Positions 9,060 through 16,918 of a stretch of DNA of 32,000 nucleotides are shown here, one piece after another. Under the pieces are notes generated by a model. It did no database searches. It was not told where the DNA came from and saw only the letters and a list, made by a program, of their open reading frames with translations. Positions within the stretch are counted from its first letter, which is position 1. Each line of letters opens with the position of its first letter. The translations under genes were made by a program, and so were the position numbers. Origin of the DNA: Acholeplasma laidlawii PG-8A (lineage in GTDB: Bacteria > Bacillota_I > Bacilli_A > Acholeplasmatales > Acholeplasmataceae); assembly GCF_000018785.1 (NCBI RefSeq), contig NC_010163.1:1380001-1412000 (forward strand). Direction: 5' to 3'.

Positions 9060-10330
9060 ATGAAAAGAATAGTTGTAGTTGGTACACAATGGGGCGATGA
9101 AGGTAAAGGTAAAATTACTGATTTTCTTGCTCAAAAGGCTGATGTTGTTACCAGATACCAAGGCGGAAATAATGCAGGTCATACAGTTGTTATAGGCCAT
9201 AAGAAATATGCACTGCATTTATTACCATCAGGTATATTGAATGCTGACAAAGTTAATATATTGGCTAATGGTATGGTTATTAATATCGAGGCACTGATTG
9301 CTGAATTAAAGAATCTAAATCATACAGATTATCAGTTGTTTATTTCTGATCGTGCACATGTAACATTTCCGTTTCATATCACTTTAGATAAACATGAGGA
9401 ATTCCTTAAAACAGAAAAGATTGGTACAACCAATAAGGGTATTGGACCAACCTACAAAGATAAAGCATCCCGTATTGGTATAAGGGTTGCTACACTTGTA
9501 TCAAATGAATTTGAATCAGAACTTAGAAAGTTAATTGATGAAAAAAATATAGACTTTAAAAACTACGGATTACCTTTAATAGATTTTGATTCAGTCTATA
9601 AAACATATCAAGCTTATGCAAATATTATTAAACCGCTTGTTAAAGATACTTCTCTTTTATTAAATGATTATATAGGATCAGGGAAAAACATTTTATTTGA
9701 AGGGGCCAAGGTACACTGCTTTGTTTAGATCATGGAACATATCCCTTTGTTACCTCATCATCACCAACAGCAGCCTCAGTACCATTAAATACCGGGGTTG
9801 CACCTTGGTTAATTGATGGTGCTATTGGTGTGACTAAGGCTTACTCAACCAGAGTAGGTGCCGGTGTCATGCCAACTGAAATATCAGGTGATATTGCCCA
9901 AAGTATACGTATCAAGGGTAACGAGTTTGGTACAACCACTGGAAGACCAAGACGTATTGGTTGGTTAGATTGTGTCGTTTTAAATTATACAAAACGTGTT
10001 TCTGGGTTATCTTATTTAGCAATTACTTTATTGGATGTCTTATCCGGTCTAGACACCATAAAGATTTGTACATCTTATACATTAGATGGCAAAGAAATAT
10101 TCACCATACCAGCACACATTAAAGACTATGAAAAATGTGTTGCAAACTATATTGAGCTACCTGGTTGGCATGAAGATATTACGGGTGTGAAATCATTTGA
10201 TGCTTTACCAGTTAACGCTCAAAATTATCTAAACAAAATTACAGAACTTACAAAAATACCATTAGCTATATTTTCAGTGGGTCCAAGGCGTGACCAAACA
10301 ATAGAAGTATCATCTATATTTGAGGATTAA
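9060..10330 (+). pseudogene. purA: Adenylosuccinate synthase, interrupted by a single-nucleotide deletion (true frameshift or sequencing error)
   Basis: 9060-9728 encodes MKRIVVVGTQWGDEGKGKITDFLAQKAD...ILFEGAK|VHCFV*. Restoring one base near 9707 (GCC-(C)AA-GGT-ACA) gives [62 protein letters not shown]..., which joins the ORF at 9830-10330. Confidence 0.92.
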
Positions 10331-10333
10331 TTT

Positions 10334-11626
10334 ATGATAAAAAGATATCGAACACCATTATTTGAAACTTTATGGAGTGATCAAAATCGCTATGACACTT
10401 TTTTGACAATTGAACTAGCTGTTGCCAAAGCGTGGTATTTATTAGGCAAATATGATGAAACAACTTACAATAAACTTACTAAAGCAACCTTTGATTTAGA
10501 ATCAATCTATGCATTAGAAATAGAAACAAAACATGATATGATTGCATTTACAAGAACTGTCTCTAAAAGTTTGGGTGCTGAGAAAATGTGGCTACACTAT
10601 GGTTTAACATCTACAGATGTTGTCGACAGTGCACTAGCACTTATACTCAGGCAAGCCAATCAAGCAATTAGATCAAAAATTAATAAGTTATTGTCAGTCT
10701 TAAAACAAAAAGCTTATACTTATAAAGACCAACCAACCATAGGTCGTACCCATGGCATCCACGCTGAAATTACATCTTTTGGATTAAAATTTGCACTATG
10801 GTACAGTGATCTAAAACGGCTACTTTCTGTATTTGATGCTGCCTGTAAAAACATCGAAGTGATTAAAATATCAGGCGCTGTTGGCAACTATGCGGCCAAC
10901 ACACCTCAACTAGAAAAAACAGTTTCCCGTCTATTAGATATAGCATCTGCAGACATTTCTACACAAGTACTTCAAAGAGACAGACATGCAAACTACATTT
11001 CAAGTATTGCACTATTGGGTAGTGAACTAGAAAAAATAGCCACTGAAATTAGACATTTATCACGTACTGAAGTATCTGAGGTAAATGAATACTTCAGTGT
11101 AGATCAAAAAGGTTCTAGTGCAATGCCACATAAAAAAAATCCGGTATCTAGTGAAAATATATCTGGATTATCTAGAGTCTTAAGAGGTTATGTTTTAACA
11201 GCTTTTGAAAATATTAATTTATGGCATGAAAGAGATATTTCCCACTCCTCTGCTGAGCGTATCATATTAGCAGATGCAACAACATTAATTGATTATATGT
11301 TAGATCGTATAACAAATACGCTATCTAACTTAGAGGTCCACGCATTAAAACTACAAAACAATATAGATATAACTGGTGGTATCGTATTTAGTCAACATGT
11401 ACTATCTTTATTGATTGATAAAGGACTTACAAGAGATCATGCGTATGATTTGGTTCAAAAGATTGCGACTGATGCCATGAGCAATCAAAAAGATTTTAAA
11501 ACAGAACTTTTAAAAAGTTCAGATATCATGAAGTTTATGACACCAGATGAACTGGATAAAGCGTTTGACTCAATCTATATATTAAGACATGTCGATACCA
11601 TATACTTAAAAGTCTTTAAAACATAA
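10334..11626 (+). CDS. purB: Adenylosuccinate lyase
   Basis: TIGRTHGIHAEITSFGLKFALWYSDL and the lyase signature SSAMPHKKNPVSSENISGLSR. Begins 3 nt after the purA stop. Confidence 0.95.
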   Translation: MIKRYRTPLFETLWSDQNRYDTFLTIELAVAKAWYLLGKYDETTYNKLTKATFDLESIYALEIETKHDMIAFTRTVSKSLGAEKMWLHYGLTSTDVVDSALALILRQANQAIRSKINKLLSVLKQKAYTYKDQPTIGRTHGIHAEITSFGLKFALWYSDLKRLLSVFDAACKNIEVIKISGAVGNYAANTPQLEKTVSRLLDIASADISTQVLQRDRHANYISSIALLGSELEKIATEIRHLSRTEVSEVNEYFSVDQKGSSAMPHKKNPVSSENISGLSRVLRGYVLTAFENINLWHERDISHSSAERIILADATTLIDYMLDRITNTLSNLEVHALKLQNNIDITGGIVFSQHVLSLLIDKGLTRDHAYDLVQKIATDAMSNQKDFKTELLKSSDIMKFMTPDELDKAFDSIYILRHVDTIYLKVFKT

Positions 11627-11663
11627 TAAAAGTCACATATCTATTTGATGTGTGACTTTTATT
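11625..11663. terminator. Bidirectional terminator between purB and the second aldehyde dehydrogenase
   Basis: AATAAAAGTCACA (11625-11637) and TGTGACTTTTATT (11651-11663): perfect 13-bp stem. Confidence 0.8.
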
Positions 11664-11669
11664 ATCCCT

Positions 11670-12965
11670 TTACTTTAGGATTTTTTTGATTATATTTTCT
11701 TTGGACTTTGTATATGGTGGATAGACCAGTGGTAAATATAACCATGTGCAGCGTTTTATATAGGATTTTTTATGCGAGAATATTTCAAATGAGGCAAAAT
11801 AATGATATGCACCCATCCCACTTTGACCAACACCGCCAAAGGGTAGGCAGGGATTACTCACATGCATGATAGTATCATTCATAGCTCCACCACCAAATGA
11901 TAATTGGCTAAAGACTTTATGCTGTATATCTTTATTATTTGTAAATACATAAAGTGCCAAAGGTTTTTCTTTAGTTTTTAACAGTTTAATTAGTGTATCG
12001 ATATCATCATAGATAAGTACTGGTAAAAGGGGCCCAAATATCTCTTCTTGCATGACTTTATCCGTCCAGGTTACACCCTTCATGATTGTAGGTGAAATTA
12101 AGCACATTTTGGCATCAATTACAGGTTTTTGAAGTACTTTATCTGCATCGATGAGATTCATTAATCGATCAAAATGTTTATCATTAATAATACGTCCAAA
12201 CTGATGTAAATCATTATACATGGTATGCATCGTATCTGATAAAATCTTTATAAATGATTCTGCAATCGTTTGATGTACATAAATATAATCTGGTGCAATA
12301 CATGTCTGTCCTGCATTTATAAATTTACCAAATATAATACGTTTGGCTGCAACTTTTAAATTGGCACTTTGATCAACAATCGTGGGACTTTTTCCACCCA
12401 GTTCTAATGTCACTGGTGTTAAATGCTTACTTGCTTGTTCATAAATGAGTTTTCCAACCCTTGTACTACCTGTGAAAAATATATGGTCAAATTTATTTTC
12501 AAGTAAATTTTCTGTTATCTTATGATCACCTGTTATAACATGTAGATAAGACGGCTCAAAGTGATCGTTTATTAAAGTTTGTAGTAACTGTTCTGTGTGG
12601 CTTGCATATTCAGAGGGTTTTATACTTGCAGTATTACCTGCTGCAATCGCACCAATAAGCGGTTCTAAGATTAATTGGAACGGATAATTATAAGGACCAA
12701 TAATCAATATCACACCTTTAGGTTCATATGCGATATAGGAAGTAGTTGGGCGTAAGTAAATGGGTGTTTTAACCCGTTTAGGCTTCATCCATTTTTTGAG
12801 TGACTTTATCGTTTTTGTAATACTTTTTAAAACATACCCGATTTCTGTTGAATAACTTTCAAAAGCACTTTTGTGTAAATCTTCATAAATACTCTTATCA
12901 TGATTCCGGTGTGTAGCCCCATATAACACGGTTGTCTGGATTAACCCAATCATCATGCCATCCAT
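11670..12965 (-). CDS. Aldehyde dehydrogenase paralog with an N-terminal truncation (possible pseudogene)
   Basis: Closely similar to 5929-7281 from EDLHKSAFESYSTEIGYVLKS onward. Its first residues (MDGMMIGLIQTTVLYGATHRN) lie on DNA that codes for the upstream lipoprotein's C-terminus in another frame, so the true start is uncertain. Confidence 0.75.
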   Translation of the reverse strand: MDGMMIGLIQTTVLYGATHRNHDKSIYEDLHKSAFESYSTEIGYVLKSITKTIKSLKKWMKPKRVKTPIYLRPTTSYIAYEPKGVILIIGPYNYPFQLILEPLIGAIAAGNTASIKPSEYASHTEQLLQTLINDHFEPSYLHVITGDHKITENLLENKFDHIFFTGSTRVGKLIYEQASKHLTPVTLELGGKSPTIVDQSANLKVAAKRIIFGKFINAGQTCIAPDYIYVHQTIAESFIKILSDTMHTMYNDLHQFGRIINDKHFDRLMNLIDADKVLQKPVIDAKMCLISPTIMKGVTWTDKVMQEEIFGPLLPVLIYDDIDTLIKLLKTKEKPLALYVFTNNKDIQHKVFSQLSFGGGAMNDTIMHVSNPCLPFGGVGQSGMGAYHYFASFEIFSHKKSYIKRCTWLYLPLVYPPYTKSKENIIKKILK

Positions 12966-13938
12966 CTGGTTTTTCTAATACTTCTGCTTGAATTCTATTA
13001 AGCCTTGTCACATAAAATGCATTCGGCCCAATGGTGTGAACACTCAATGGAATCGTGATAGAATAAAATGTAGATCCATAAAATGCACTTGCTTCAATAA
13101 CTTTAAGCATGCTATTTGCTTCAAATACAATATGATTAATAGACGCACTAAAAAAACTTGATTTCCCAATAGATTCGATTGTGTTTGGAATTGTTAACAA
13201 ATCAATATTGGCGAAATGAAAGGCATACTTATAAATTTCAGTCACAGGTTTATCATCAATTGTTTTTTGTATAACAACCTTTGCCCTATTTGCTTGCCCA
13301 ATATATTTTGCAAGTATAACTTTTTGGCTTTTTACTAAATAAATAATATTATCTTTTAAAATTGCTTTGGTACCGTTTGATAATAGATGTTTGATATTTT
13401 GATATGTATACTTTTTATCGTATGTCTCAATATCTAGGACTGAAGAATCTGTCATCTGATGTCTTAAATTTGTTTCTAATTCATCAATAGCATTTCTATT
13501 AGCTAATAGTGCGTATTTTGTGTACTCATTAAAATCAATTTCACCTTGTATCAATTCTAAATTGCTGTTTTCTGCAAACTTTGCATGCTCATTAAATATG
13601 TATTCATGCCATCGATAAGTATAGTGTTGTGGTACTTTAGATGCGCCTTTAAACGTAATAATCGCATGAAGTACATATTTAGTAGCTTCATCACCATTAT
13701 AATATCTTGTTTGCTCATCACCTATATCTTTTAGATAGTAAGCGTGACCAAAAATATGAATATCTTTGATCATTTCAGATGCCTCGACATTTTGAACAGT
13801 TGAGTCTATCAAATAGTTATCCCAAAATAAATCTAAAATTGATTGATTATCTATTTCTAGTTTACTTATCGTTGTTGTGCAACCAAAGAGTAATGATAGA
13901 CTAACTATACTTAAAAAAATTAGTTGTATATGCTTCAT
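12898..13938 (-). CDS. Lipoprotein with a BspA-like leucine-rich-repeat C-terminal region
   Basis: Signal peptide and lipobox LLFGC; IYKYAFHFANIDLLTIPNTIESIGKSSFFSASINHIVFEANSMLKVIEASAFYGSTFYSITIPLSVHTIGPNAF matches the TpLRR/BspA pattern. Confidence 0.75.
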   Translation of the reverse strand: MKHIQLIFLSIVSLSLLFGCTTTISKLEIDNQSILDLFWDNYLIDSTVQNVEASEMIKDIHIFGHAYYLKDIGDEQTRYYNGDEATKYVLHAIITFKGASKVPQHYTYRWHEYIFNEHAKFAENSNLELIQGEIDFNEYTKYALLANRNAIDELETNLRHQMTDSSVLDIETYDKKYTYQNIKHLLSNGTKAILKDNIIYLVKSQKVILAKYIGQANRAKVVIQKTIDDKPVTEIYKYAFHFANIDLLTIPNTIESIGKSSFFSASINHIVFEANSMLKVIEASAFYGSTFYSITIPLSVHTIGPNAFYVTRLNRIQAEVLEKPDGWHDDWVNPDNRVIWGYTPES

Positions 13939-14148
13939 AATATATGCCCTCTTTTATATTTTTTTTGATGTTTGTATTATTTATATATTTTAATCATATC
14001 ACATGTGTGATGTTTTTGATCGGTACTTCATAATCCAATAGTTTTTATATAATGAAAGAATATAAAGTCTTAATACGTCATTTATCGGTCTCATATTTTA
14101 AAGACATAATATTTAACTAATCATTTAAAACACTTCGTCGATACAACC

Positions 14149-14298
14149 CTAAAAGTGCAATGATTTTTTTATTACCTTTATCACAATTATCTTTGCAAGG
14201 TTTGGATCAAACTGTTTTTCTGCACATTCAATAATTTCTTTAACTGCTTCTTTTTTTGATTGTTACACTCGATAGATTCTTGAAGTTGTCATCACCTC
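14149..14298 (-). pseudogene. Fragment of an HD-GYP-like domain C-terminus, with an in-frame stop
   Basis: Reverse-strand frame reads EVMTTSRIYRV*QSKKEAVKEIIECAEKQFDPNLAKIIVIKVIKKSLHF*, resembling the HD-GYP pattern (D-A-M-T-S-D-R-x-Y-R ... A-x-x-E-I-x-x-x-x-G-x-Q-F-D-P). Stop codon at 14263-14265. Confidence 0.5.
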
Positions 14299-14335
14299 TT
14301 AATCCAGCAAATAATCTAAAGGATCACTTTTTATA

Positions 14336-14365
14336 TAAAAAACTCTTCCCATACGTGAGAAGAGT
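14336..14365 (-). terminator. Terminator copy next to the left direct repeat
   Basis: Minus strand ACTCTTC TCACGTATGG GAAGAGT TTTTT; 7-bp perfect stem followed by a T-run. Confidence 0.7.
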
Positions 14366-14391
14366 ATTTCATTAATTAATGGTGACCCGTA
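14355..14391. repeat. Left copy of a direct repeat matching the tRNA-Glu 3' end and downstream region (candidate attachment site)
   Basis: GTGAGAAGAGTATTTCATTAATTAATGGTGACCCGTA against GTGAGAAGAGTATTTCAATAATTAATGGTGACCCGTA at 16662-16698; 36/37 identical. Weaker similarity continues into the tRNA T-arm (GAACCCC-TACGGGTCACCA against GAATCCCGTACGGGTCACCA). Confidence 0.85.
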
Positions 14392-14470
14392 GGGGTTCAC
14401 GTTTTTTTCAGTGACTATCAGTTCAGACTGGCATGAAGATCAATATTTCAGGTATCGTTTTGGTAACCCT

Positions 14471-15226
14471 TTATATTTTTTTGCTGCCAGGGTAATCAAT
14501 AATTAAAACAATTTCTTCAATAACTTGTCTTAAATCAGATTTCAAATGATCTAGATCGCTTTTCTTCGCTAAAAAACGCCTGTTATGCGCACTTAAATCT
14601 CCATATTTTTTTATTTGCATAATATTATTCTTTAAATTTCTACTATTGTTCCAAAATTTCGAATTAATAAACACTGGAATTAAATCGCTCAAGTATTTAA
14701 AGTTACCATTGTCATCCTTTATAAGATTATCACACTTGAATTTTTCAAATGTCTCAATAATTAAAGTCTCCAAGATTTTTCTTATTATAACAAGAGTAGC
14801 ATCAAATAATCCGCTATCATAGCATTGATTCATTTGTTCAGCTATTTTTTTTATATAATATGGAGTTCCGTTAAAAATTTCCATTGATATTAAATTATTA
14901 GTAACTGGTACTTCTTTTATTATAGATAGCTTCTGACGTATATTTTCGATTGCATTTCTGTGCAAATAATAGCCATTTGTTTTTTTTCCGAAAGTTGCGT
15001 TTCTGCCTTTACTATTTTTCCCCAAATAATCGGGAATATTTGAATAAGGCTTTATAAGGAGAGTTTCATAGCATTCTAAAATATTCTTTGCCGTGAAATA
15101 TGACTGCTCAAGTTCAATCAATAAAAAATACGAAAAATATTTGATTAATTTGCTTGATTGTAAATGATTAATGTCGGGAATTTTTGATGAAAACAATTCT
15201 AGCTTATCTTTCAACTTTGTCACCAT
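14471..15226 (-). CDS. Uncharacterised protein with a DUF4145-like C-terminal region
   Basis: 251-aa ORF; CYDSGLFDATLVIIRKILETLIIETF...NIMQIKKYGDLSAHNRRFLAKKSDLDHLKSDLRQVIEEIVLIIDY resembles the DUF4145 pattern. Overlaps the upstream gene by 23 nt. Confidence 0.7.
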   Translation of the reverse strand: MVTKLKDKLELFSSKIPDINHLQSSKLIKYFSYFLLIELEQSYFTAKNILECYETLLIKPYSNIPDYLGKNSKGRNATFGKKTNGYYLHRNAIENIRQKLSIIKEVPVTNNLISMEIFNGTPYYIKKIAEQMNQCYDSGLFDATLVIIRKILETLIIETFEKFKCDNLIKDDNGNFKYLSDLIPVFINSKFWNNSRNLKNNIMQIKKYGDLSAHNRRFLAKKSDLDHLKSDLRQVIEEIVLIIDYPGSKKI

Positions 15227-16139
15227 TTATTATAAGATTTCTTTTGATATAATCTTCTCCCATATAATTAATTTTATAATATGATTTTTTATTTGATGAT
15301 AACAAAAAATTCATTTTATGTTTTGCATTTGTGAGTGCTGAAACGATATTAAATGATATATTTTCATCTAAAATTCTTAATAAAGTGAAAATTTCATCTT
15401 TACCCATTTCATCTATTTTTTTGTGTTCTTTCATCCAATTAAAAAGTAGTATAATTTTATCGAGAGTTTTGTCATGCTTGTATGTTCCCCAATATGTTCT
15501 TAAATTTATTCTATCCTCCTCGTTCAAATTCAACTCCACTATATTATAAGAGGTTATAGCTGTTTTAGATTTCTTGTCACCTTTATTTTTTTTGATCTTT
15601 TCACGAGTGTTATAAATTATGCTTTTAGCTTCTTCGAGTCCCAAAGTTGTTATTTTGTAATCTGAATTATTAATAGCTTGAATAAACTTAGAAGTCACAA
15701 GTTTTGCTATATTGGTTTTAAAATTGCCCATGCGATTTGATGTGCTTCTTTTAGATTCATCGTATTTCAATTTCAAATCTTGTTCTGTAAATAATTTCTG
15801 TCCATTATCAGAACTATATAGCGCATACACTAATAGCCATTCTTTTTCAGATCTCGGATTCCCCTCTAAAACTATATTACCTAAAAACGGTAATTCAGTA
15901 TTTTCTATAACTGCTTGTGATTGGTCGGTTTCCTCATTCATTTGTGCGCTAACTAAAGACTCTTTACTGTCTAATATCCTATTGTTACCTATCATGTTAT
16001 GATTATCTACTTTTTTTGACATTAGAGATCCCAAACCATCTTCTTTTAATTCTTGAAAAATTGTTCTAACAATCTCGCCTTCCCCATCCAATTCAATTTC
16101 AATCTCGCCGATTCTAACTTTCAATCTTAACTGACTCAT
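15204..16139 (-). CDS. Uncharacterised protein, first gene of a two-gene cassette; possible winged-helix region in the middle
   Basis: 311-aa ORF, MSQLRLKVRIGEIEIELDGEGEIVRTIFQELKEDGLG...SEKEWLLVYALYSSDNGQKLFTEQDLKLKYDESKRSTSNRMGNFKTNIAKLVTSKFIQAINNSDYKITTLGLEEAKSII. Strong Shine-Dalgarno GAGGGG upstream of ATG 16139. Confidence 0.75.
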   Translation of the reverse strand: MSQLRLKVRIGEIEIELDGEGEIVRTIFQELKEDGLGSLMSKKVDNHNMIGNNRILDSKESLVSAQMNEETDQSQAVIENTELPFLGNIVLEGNPRSEKEWLLVYALYSSDNGQKLFTEQDLKLKYDESKRSTSNRMGNFKTNIAKLVTSKFIQAINNSDYKITTLGLEEAKSIIYNTREKIKKNKGDKKSKTAITSYNIVELNLNEEDRINLRTYWGTYKHDKTLDKIILLFNWMKEHKKIDEMGKDEIFTLLRILDENISFNIVSALTNAKHKMNFLLSSNKKSYYKINYMGEDYIKRNLIINGDKVER

Positions 16140-16168
16140 ATTTTCCCCTCATATTCTAATGTATTGTT

Positions 16169-16200
16169 TATGCATAATACTCAAAATAGTAATATGCATA
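16169..16200. promoter_or_regulatory. Operator-like inverted repeat between the promoter and start codon of the two-gene cassette
   Basis: TATGCATAATACT (16169-16181), 6-nt spacer CAAAAT, AGTAATATGCATA (16188-16200); 12 of 13 positions pair. Confidence 0.6.
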
Positions 16201-16214
16201 CATAACTATCTTTT

Positions 16215-16243
16215 ATTATATATAATTTAATCTGTTTTGTAAA
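16215..16243 (-). promoter_or_regulatory. Near-consensus sigma-A promoter for the two-gene cassette
   Basis: Minus strand TTTACA, 17-nt spacer AAACAGATTAAATTATA, TATAAT. Confidence 0.7.
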
Positions 16244-16641
16244 ATAAATCAAAGTTAGTTATAACCATGTAGTCTCAAAAGTTTCGTGTGAATTGAATTA
16301 GTTAAGATATTAAGACCTCTCATTTGTATCTCTAAAGTTTTTAATTGTCTGAATAAAAGCTCATTACATTCCATTAAATTGATATGATGATCTTATGGAA
16401 TTTCACAATTCATATGGTTTGAGGAACGCACATTTCAAAATCACTCAAAACTTATATCAAAATAAGTTGCTTTTTTCGCAAAATTTTGAAACCTATAATA
16501 TATCTTCAAGAATTGCTTTAATTTTTGTTTATGTACACATAAGTTTTAGGAGGTTTTCTAAGTTTGAATGAACTCTGACAAATTCAGTTTTTTCAACTTA
16601 GAACATCTGTTAATGAGTTTAAAACTCTACATAAATGTCTA

Positions 16642-16669
16642 GAAAAAAAACCTTCCCACGGGTGAGAAG
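16642..16669 (-). terminator. Terminator downstream of tRNA-Glu
   Basis: Minus strand CTTCTCACCCGTGGGAAGG followed by TTTTTTTT. Confidence 0.65.
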
Positions 16670-16698
16670 AGTATTTCAATAATTAATGGTGACCCGTA
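16662..16698. repeat. Right copy of the direct repeat, overlapping the intact tRNA-Glu 3' end
   Basis: 36/37 identical to 14355-14391. Confidence 0.85.
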
Positions 16699-16762
16699 CG
16701 GGATTCGAACCCGTGAATGCATGCGTGAAAGGCATGTGAGTTAACCGTTTCTCCAACGGGCC
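16687..16762 (-). tRNA. tRNA-Glu (anticodon UUC)
   Basis: GGCCCGTTGGAGAAACGGTTAACTCACATGCCTTTCACGCATGCATTCACGGGTTCGAATCCCGTACGGGTCACCA; acceptor GGCCCGT/ACGGGTC pairs, anticodon loop CTTTCAC, T-loop GGTTCGAATCC, encoded CCA. Confidence 0.95.
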
Positions 16763-16764
16763 AA

Positions 16765-16855
16765 TGGCGGAGCGAGAGGGATTTGAACCCTCGCACGGGG
16801 TTAACCGTCTAACGCGTTAGCAGTGCGCCCTCTTCGGCCTCTTGAGTATCGCTCC
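16765..16855 (-). tRNA. tRNA-Ser (anticodon GCU)
   Basis: GGAGCGATACTCAAGAGGCCGAAGAGGGCGCACTGCTAACGCGTTAGACGGTTAACCCCGTGCGAGGGTTCAAATCCCTCTCGCTCCGCCA; acceptor GGAGCGA/TCGCTCC (shared stem), anticodon loop CTGCTAA, long variable arm, encoded CCA. Confidence 0.93.
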
Positions 16856-16860
16856 ATTGT

Positions 16861-16882
16861 AGGCATGAATTAAATCATGCCT
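16861..16882. terminator. Hairpin between tex and the tRNA genes, possible terminator
   Basis: AGGCATGA-ATTAAA-TCATGCCT, perfect 8-bp stem, but no T-tract on the minus strand. Confidence 0.4.
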
Positions 16883-16918
16883 TATTATATTAACTTATTT
16901 TATTCTAGTTGTCAATCA

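Noticed and set aside
9060-10330. Programmed ribosomal frameshift in purA
   Set aside because: No slippery heptamer or downstream structure is evident at the junction, and PurA is not known to use recoding. A deletion or sequencing error is simpler.
12903-12965. Annotated N-terminus of the second aldehyde dehydrogenase (MDGMMIGLIQTTVLYGATHRN)
   Set aside because: It has no similarity to the paralog's N-terminus and overlaps coding sequence of the lipoprotein gene; it is probably not a genuine protein start.
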